Assembly (NCBI GenBank): GCA_964401865.1 | Contig: CAYNZZ010000004.1 | Location: 1 to 32,000, forward strand | Direction: 5' to 3' | Origin: an uncultured Erysipelotrichaceae bacterium | GTDB taxonomy: Bacteria; Bacillota_I; Bacilli_A; Erysipelotrichales; Erysipelotrichaceae | Length of the DNA: 32,000 nucleotides | Part shown: positions 26,364 through 32,000 of the stretch, piece after piece | How positions within the stretch are numbered: the stretch's first letter is position 1 | Layout of the letters: every line of letters starts with the position of its first letter | Position numbers and translations under genes: made by a program | Notes under the pieces: model-generated | Told to the model about the DNA's origin: nothing | What the model saw: the letters and a program-made list of their open reading frames with translations, nothing else | The model's database searches: none

Positions 26364-27365
26364 ATGTTGACCGCAAGAAGAATAGATATATTGAAGGCGA
26401 TAGTTGAAGAGTTTGTCGAAACCGCTGAACCAGTTGGTTCCAAGACTTTGGTTGATAAGTATAGATTGCCTTATTCTAGTGCGACTATTAGAAATGACAT
26501 GGCAACCTTAGAATTAATGGGTTATCTAGAAAAACCCCATACTTCAGCGGGTCGTGTTCCATCTAATAAAGGCTATCAGTTTTATTGCGAGCATTTGCTT
26601 GAAAGACCAGTCGATGATGAAGTTAAATATGCTTTAAGCAATATTTTTCAGAAGGAATCGATGAATGTCGAAGAAGCTATTAAAGAAAGCTGTAAGATCA
26701 TCTCGGATATGACAAAGCTTACAAGCGGTGTTTTAGGTCCTGATTCTTCTAAACAAAGGCTGGAACACTTAAAGCTGTTTCCGATTGATGAAAAAACTGC
26801 TGTCTGTGTGTTTATCACTAATTTAGGGCATACTGAAAACAAGATCTTTAATTTTCAGGATGTTGTTTCGGTTGAAGATATTAAGACCTGTACGGATATC
26901 TTAAATGATCGTTTAAAGGGTACTTCGATTTATGAGTTGCCTGAAAAATTGGAATTGTTGAAACCGATCTTATCAGAAAATGTCAAAAGACACGAAATGT
27001 TATTTAATGCCTTTGCGGGAGCTTTTGTTAAATTTGCATCCGAAACATTATACTTTCAAGGTACTAGTAACATAATGTATCAACCGGAATTCCATGATAT
27101 TGAAAAATTGAAGGAATTTGTGAAAATGCTTGATAATCCTAGCTTATGGCGTAATTTAGGCAATGAGAACGAATTATCTATTGTGACATCAAAAGGTACG
27201 GAGTTGGTATGGATGGATGATTTGGCAGTAGTGTCAAGTGATGTTAAAGTTAATAAGCAAGATAGTGTGAAACTTATGGTTGTTGGTCCTAATCGTATGC
27301 AATATGATAGAATCATTGGGCTATTAGATTTCATAACTAAAGAGATAGAAAAGATGTTTAAATAG
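26364..27365 (+). CDS. hrcA: Heat-inducible transcription repressor HrcA
   Basis: N-terminal winged helix LTARRIDILKAIVEEFVETAEPVGSKTL. 333 aa. First gene of the hrcA-grpE-dnaK-dnaJ operon, preceded by CIRCE. Confidence 0.95.
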   Translation: MLTARRIDILKAIVEEFVETAEPVGSKTLVDKYRLPYSSATIRNDMATLELMGYLEKPHTSAGRVPSNKGYQFYCEHLLERPVDDEVKYALSNIFQKESMNVEEAIKESCKIISDMTKLTSGVLGPDSSKQRLEHLKLFPIDEKTAVCVFITNLGHTENKIFNFQDVVSVEDIKTCTDILNDRLKGTSIYELPEKLELLKPILSENVKRHEMLFNAFAGAFVKFASETLYFQGTSNIMYQPEFHDIEKLKEFVKMLDNPSLWRNLGNENELSIVTSKGTELVWMDDLAVVSSDVKVNKQDSVKLMVVGPNRMQYDRIIGLLDFITKEIEKMFK

Positions 27366-27370
27366 AAAGG

Positions 27371-27949
27371 ATGGAAATCGTGAGTTCTAAAAAGAAGGAA
27401 GAAAAGAAAAAAGATGAGCTTGATGTCTTGAATGATGATATCAATCCGATAGAAATAGAAGAGGAACAAGATGAGTTTTCTATGATGTCTAGAGAAGATA
27501 TGAAAAAGACAATCATCGACCTTAGAAGTGAAGTTGATAAACTTAATAACGACTATGCAAGGGCATATGCTGATACAGAAAATATGCGTAAAAGATTGCA
27601 AAATGAAGCTGATATCAAACAGAAATATCGCATTCAAAGTTTCGCTAGTGACATCTTACCGGTCATTGACAACCTAGAAAGAGCCTTGAGTCAAGAGGTA
27701 AATGAGACCAATGAAGGCTTTTATAAGGGTGTCGATATGATTTATAAGCAACTTATCGAAGCACTTAAAAAGGAAGGCGTAGTCGAGATAGAAGCTTTAA
27801 ATAAAGACTTTGATCCTAACTTTCATCAGGCTATCCTGACTGAAAAGGTTGAAGGTCAAGAAGCTGGCAAGGTAATTCAGGTGTTACAAAAAGGTTATAT
27901 GTTAAAAGACCGCATACTACGAGCTAGTATGGTTAAGGTATCAGAATAA
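27371..27949 (+). CDS. grpE: Nucleotide exchange factor GrpE
   Basis: RAYADTENMRKRL, ILPVIDNLERAL and FDPNFHQAI motifs. The start is ATG 27371, or GTG 27380 by RBS spacing. Confidence 0.94.
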   Translation: MEIVSSKKKEEKKKDELDVLNDDINPIEIEEEQDEFSMMSREDMKKTIIDLRSEVDKLNNDYARAYADTENMRKRLQNEADIKQKYRIQSFASDILPVIDNLERALSQEVNETNEGFYKGVDMIYKQLIEALKKEGVVEIEALNKDFDPNFHQAILTEKVEGQEAGKVIQVLQKGYMLKDRILRASMVKVSE

Positions 27950-27959
27950 GGAGGAATGA

Positions 27960-29786
<1,827 letters not shown>

Positions 29787-29791
29787 TTTAT

Positions 29792-29814
29792 TCCTCCCTT
29801 TGGTTAAGGGAGGA
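29792..29814 (+). other. Intercistronic hairpin between dnaK and dnaJ (weak terminator or processing/stability element)
   Basis: 9-bp GC-rich stem tcctccctt / aagggagga with loop tggtt. Only a short interrupted T tract follows. Confidence 0.4.
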
Positions 29815-29841
29815 GTTCTTTACTAGTGATGGAGGGTTTAA

Positions 29842-30978
29842 ATGGCAAAAAGAGATTATTATGAAGTGCTAGGTCTTTCAAAAGGCGCTAGTGAAGATGA
29901 AATAAAAAAAGCCTATCGAAAGATGGCTAAACAATACCATCCAGATATCAATAAAGATCCAGGAGCTGAAGAAAAGTTCAAAGAAGTAAACGAAGCTTAT
30001 GAAGTATTGTCTAATCCAGATAAAAGGGCTAATTACGATCGTTTTGGTCACGCTGGTGTTGATGGCAACTTCCAAGGCGGATTTGGCGGTGGCGATGGAT
30101 TTGGCTTCAATATGGATGATTTAAACGATATCTTCTCATCATTTACGGGTGGTTTTTCAAACTTTGGTTTTGGCGGTGGCCAAAGACAGAGAAGGAATAC
30201 CGGACCAATTAGAGGAGACAACCGCTATACGTCAATGACTATTGATTTCTTGGATGCGATTCATGGCGTTGATAAATTAATTCATGTCGATGTCGATAAA
30301 AAGTGTGATGCTTGTAATGGAACAGGCGCAAAATCACCAAATGATGTGGAAACATGTCCGACATGTGGTGGTTCAGGTCATGTTACTCATCAGACAAGAA
30401 CGGCGTTTGGCATTATGCAACAGGTTGTAGAATGTCCCGATTGTCATGGAACTGGTAAACGTATTAAGAATAAGTGCGATAAATGCAATGGCGAAGGTTA
30501 CAAGCATGCAAATGAAGAGGTTGAAATCTCGATTCCGGCCGGTATCTCTTCTGGACAACAGGTAAGAGTTGCTGGCATGGGCGAAAGAGGGGCTAATGGC
30601 GGACCTAATGGTGATTTATACATTGAAATAAATGTTCGTCCACACCAATACTTTGTAAGAGATGGCAACAATATTCATATTAAAGTTCCGATTTCGGCAA
30701 TTGATGCAACACTTGGTTGTACAATTGATGTGCCTACTGTGCATGGCGATGTAGAGCTCAATATTCCAGCAGGAACACAACCTAATCAGAAATTACGTAT
30801 CAAAGGCTATGGTGCTAAAGATGTTCGTTCAAATAATATGGGCGATCAATATGTTGAAATTGAAGTTACGATTCCAAAGAAGATTTCTAAAGAAGAAAAG
30901 GAATTGTATAATCAATTAGCTAATCGTAGCAATAAAAAAGAAAGCGTATTTGAAAAATTTAAGAAGCAATTTAAGTAA
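29842..30978 (+). CDS. dnaJ: Molecular chaperone DnaJ (Hsp40)
   Basis: J domain with HPD (YHPDINKD), a G/F-rich region and four CxxCxGxG zinc-finger repeats. Confidence 0.98.
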   Translation: MAKRDYYEVLGLSKGASEDEIKKAYRKMAKQYHPDINKDPGAEEKFKEVNEAYEVLSNPDKRANYDRFGHAGVDGNFQGGFGGGDGFGFNMDDLNDIFSSFTGGFSNFGFGGGQRQRRNTGPIRGDNRYTSMTIDFLDAIHGVDKLIHVDVDKKCDACNGTGAKSPNDVETCPTCGGSGHVTHQTRTAFGIMQQVVECPDCHGTGKRIKNKCDKCNGEGYKHANEEVEISIPAGISSGQQVRVAGMGERGANGGPNGDLYIEINVRPHQYFVRDGNNIHIKVPISAIDATLGCTIDVPTVHGDVELNIPAGTQPNQKLRIKGYGAKDVRSNNMGDQYVEIEVTIPKKISKEEKELYNQLANRSNKKESVFEKFKKQFK

Positions 30979-30996
30979 GGAGTAATCCTTACTTAA
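30971..30996 (+). other. Perfect 11-bp hairpin spanning the dnaJ stop codon
   Basis: ttaagtaagga-gtaa-tccttacttaa. It is followed by an A-run rather than a T-run, so it is not a canonical terminator. Confidence 0.4.
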
Positions 30997-31009
30997 AAAA
31001 CAAAGATTG

Positions 31010-31036
31010 TTAGCACTTTAATCATTAAAGTGCTAA
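31010..31036. promoter_or_regulatory. CIRCE HrcA operator 3, directly upstream of the clpB RBS
   Basis: TTAGCACTT-TAATCATTA-AAGTGCTAA. The half-sites are perfectly self-complementary, each with 1 mismatch to consensus. Confidence 0.85.
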
Positions 31037-31048
31037 AGGAGGTTAAGT

Positions 31049-32000
31049 ATGGACTTTGAACATCTAACTGAAAAATTACAAAATATATTAATGAAAGCTA
31101 TTATGCTTTGTAAAGACAGACATAATAGTGAACTAAGTAGTGCTCATCTGTTTAGTGCTTTTCTGGAAGATGAAGATATTGCTCAATTTATAAATAATGT
31201 AAATGGTGATTATTCATCAATGCAGCATGAAATATCCAATGCACTAGAACGTTTACCTTGTAGCACTGGTAATGTAGAACCTAAAATGTCTAATGAGGTA
31301 TATAGTGCATTTAAAGAGGCTGAAAAGATTAAAGATGAAAGAAAAGATACCTATATTGGTGCATTTGTTTTCTTTATCGCTTTACTATTTCAAAATAGTA
31401 CCTTAGCCGAAAAGATGAGAGGATTCATTAAATTAGATAAAGAGAGTTTACTAAAGAAAGAAAAAGAAATGCGAGGTGATACAATGATTAATGAACAAAA
31501 CCAAGAAAATAATCTTAATCCTTTGGAAAAGTATGGTCGCAATTTAGTTGACGATGTTAAGGCTGGCAAGATAGATCCGGTTATCGGCAGAGACGAAGAA
31601 ATCAGACGAGTGATAGAAATTTTGTCGAGAAAGACTAAAAATAATCCTGTACTGATTGGTGAACCTGGTGTTGGTAAAACTGCTATTGTCGAAGGTTTAG
31701 CGTGGCGTATATATAATGGTGATGTACCATTTGGTTTAAAGGATAAAGAATTGATTGAATTAGATATGGGTTCATTAATTGCCGGTGCTAAATATCGTGG
31801 TGAATTTGAGGAAAGACTAAAATCGGTTTTAAAAGCAGTCAAGGATAAAGATGGCGGTGTAATACTATTTATTGATGAAATTCACAATTTAGTCGGTGCA
31901 GGCAAGACAGATGGAGCTATGGATGCTGCTAACTTATTGAAACCGATGTTGGCGAGGGGTGAACTAAAATGTATTGGTTCAACTACTTTTGATGAATATC
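31049..32000 (+). CDS. clpB: ATP-dependent chaperone ClpB (5' partial; continues beyond the window)
   Basis: AGGAGG RBS then ATG 31049. Clp N-domain, then [60 protein letters not shown] (Walker A) and ILFIDEIH (Walker B). Missing from the ORF track because it has no stop within the window. Confidence 0.93.
   Translation, partial: MDFEHLTEKLQNILMKAIMLCKDRHNSELSSAHLFSAFLEDEDIAQFINNVNGDYSSMQHEISNALERLPCSTGNVEPKMSNEVYSAFKEAEKIKDERKDTYIGAFVFFIALLFQNSTLAEKMRGFIKLDKESLLKKEKEMRGDTMINEQNQENNLNPLEKYGRNLVDDVKAGKIDPVIGRDEEIRRVIEILSRKTKNNPVLIGEPGVGKTAIVEGLAWRIYNGDVPFGLKDKELIELDMGSLIAGAKYRGEFEERLKSVLKAVKDKDGGVILFIDEIHNLVGAGKTDGAMDAANLLKPMLARGELKCIGSTTFDEY

Noticed and set aside
27080-27637. 185-aa minus-strand ORF spanning the hrcA/grpE junction.
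   Set aside because: It is antisense to two highly conserved genes, with a low-complexity Phe/Ile/Ser-rich product and no RBS.
31390-31842. 150-aa minus-strand ORF near the window end.
   Set aside because: It is antisense to clpB, whose plus-strand frame carries unmistakable Clp Walker A/B motifs. clpB is absent from the track only because it runs off the window.

Overview
AT-rich, low-GC Bacillota-type chromosomal segment. The gene content is Firmicute-like (dnaB/dnaI helicase-loading pair, RNase J, an hrcA-grpE-dnaK-dnaJ operon with CIRCE operators). Any finer taxonomic guess would need a database search. Most of the window is ordinary, well-conserved housekeeping DNA, in this order: HIT-family protein, pnp, trmB, an orphan ZnuA/TroA-like lipoprotein, polA, an in-frame mutM(fpg)-coaE fusion, dnaB, dnaI, pfkA, rnj (-), def (-), a SEDS (FtsW/RodA) protein, coaD, a divergent MFS transporter / AraC regulator pair, a MATE efflux gene, then hrcA-grpE-dnaK-dnaJ and the 5' part of clpB. 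The exception is a roughly 6.3 kb accessory patch (about 18.4-24.75 kb) between the AraC regulator and the MATE gene. It holds a decayed ISL3-family IS, an apparently intact IS4-family transposase, several frameshifted genes, an XRE regulator and a small ribbon-helix-helix ORF that is too short for the supplied ORF track. Its most interesting content is a candidate type III toxin-antitoxin / abortive-infection module: strong promoter, about 300 nt of apparently non-coding structured RNA ending in about 2 imperfect 46-nt repeats, an intrinsic terminator, then a 152-aa ToxN/AbiQ-like ORF. All family assignments come from motif recognition by eye. No searches or computations were run, and hairpin and repeat coordinates were hand-indexed.
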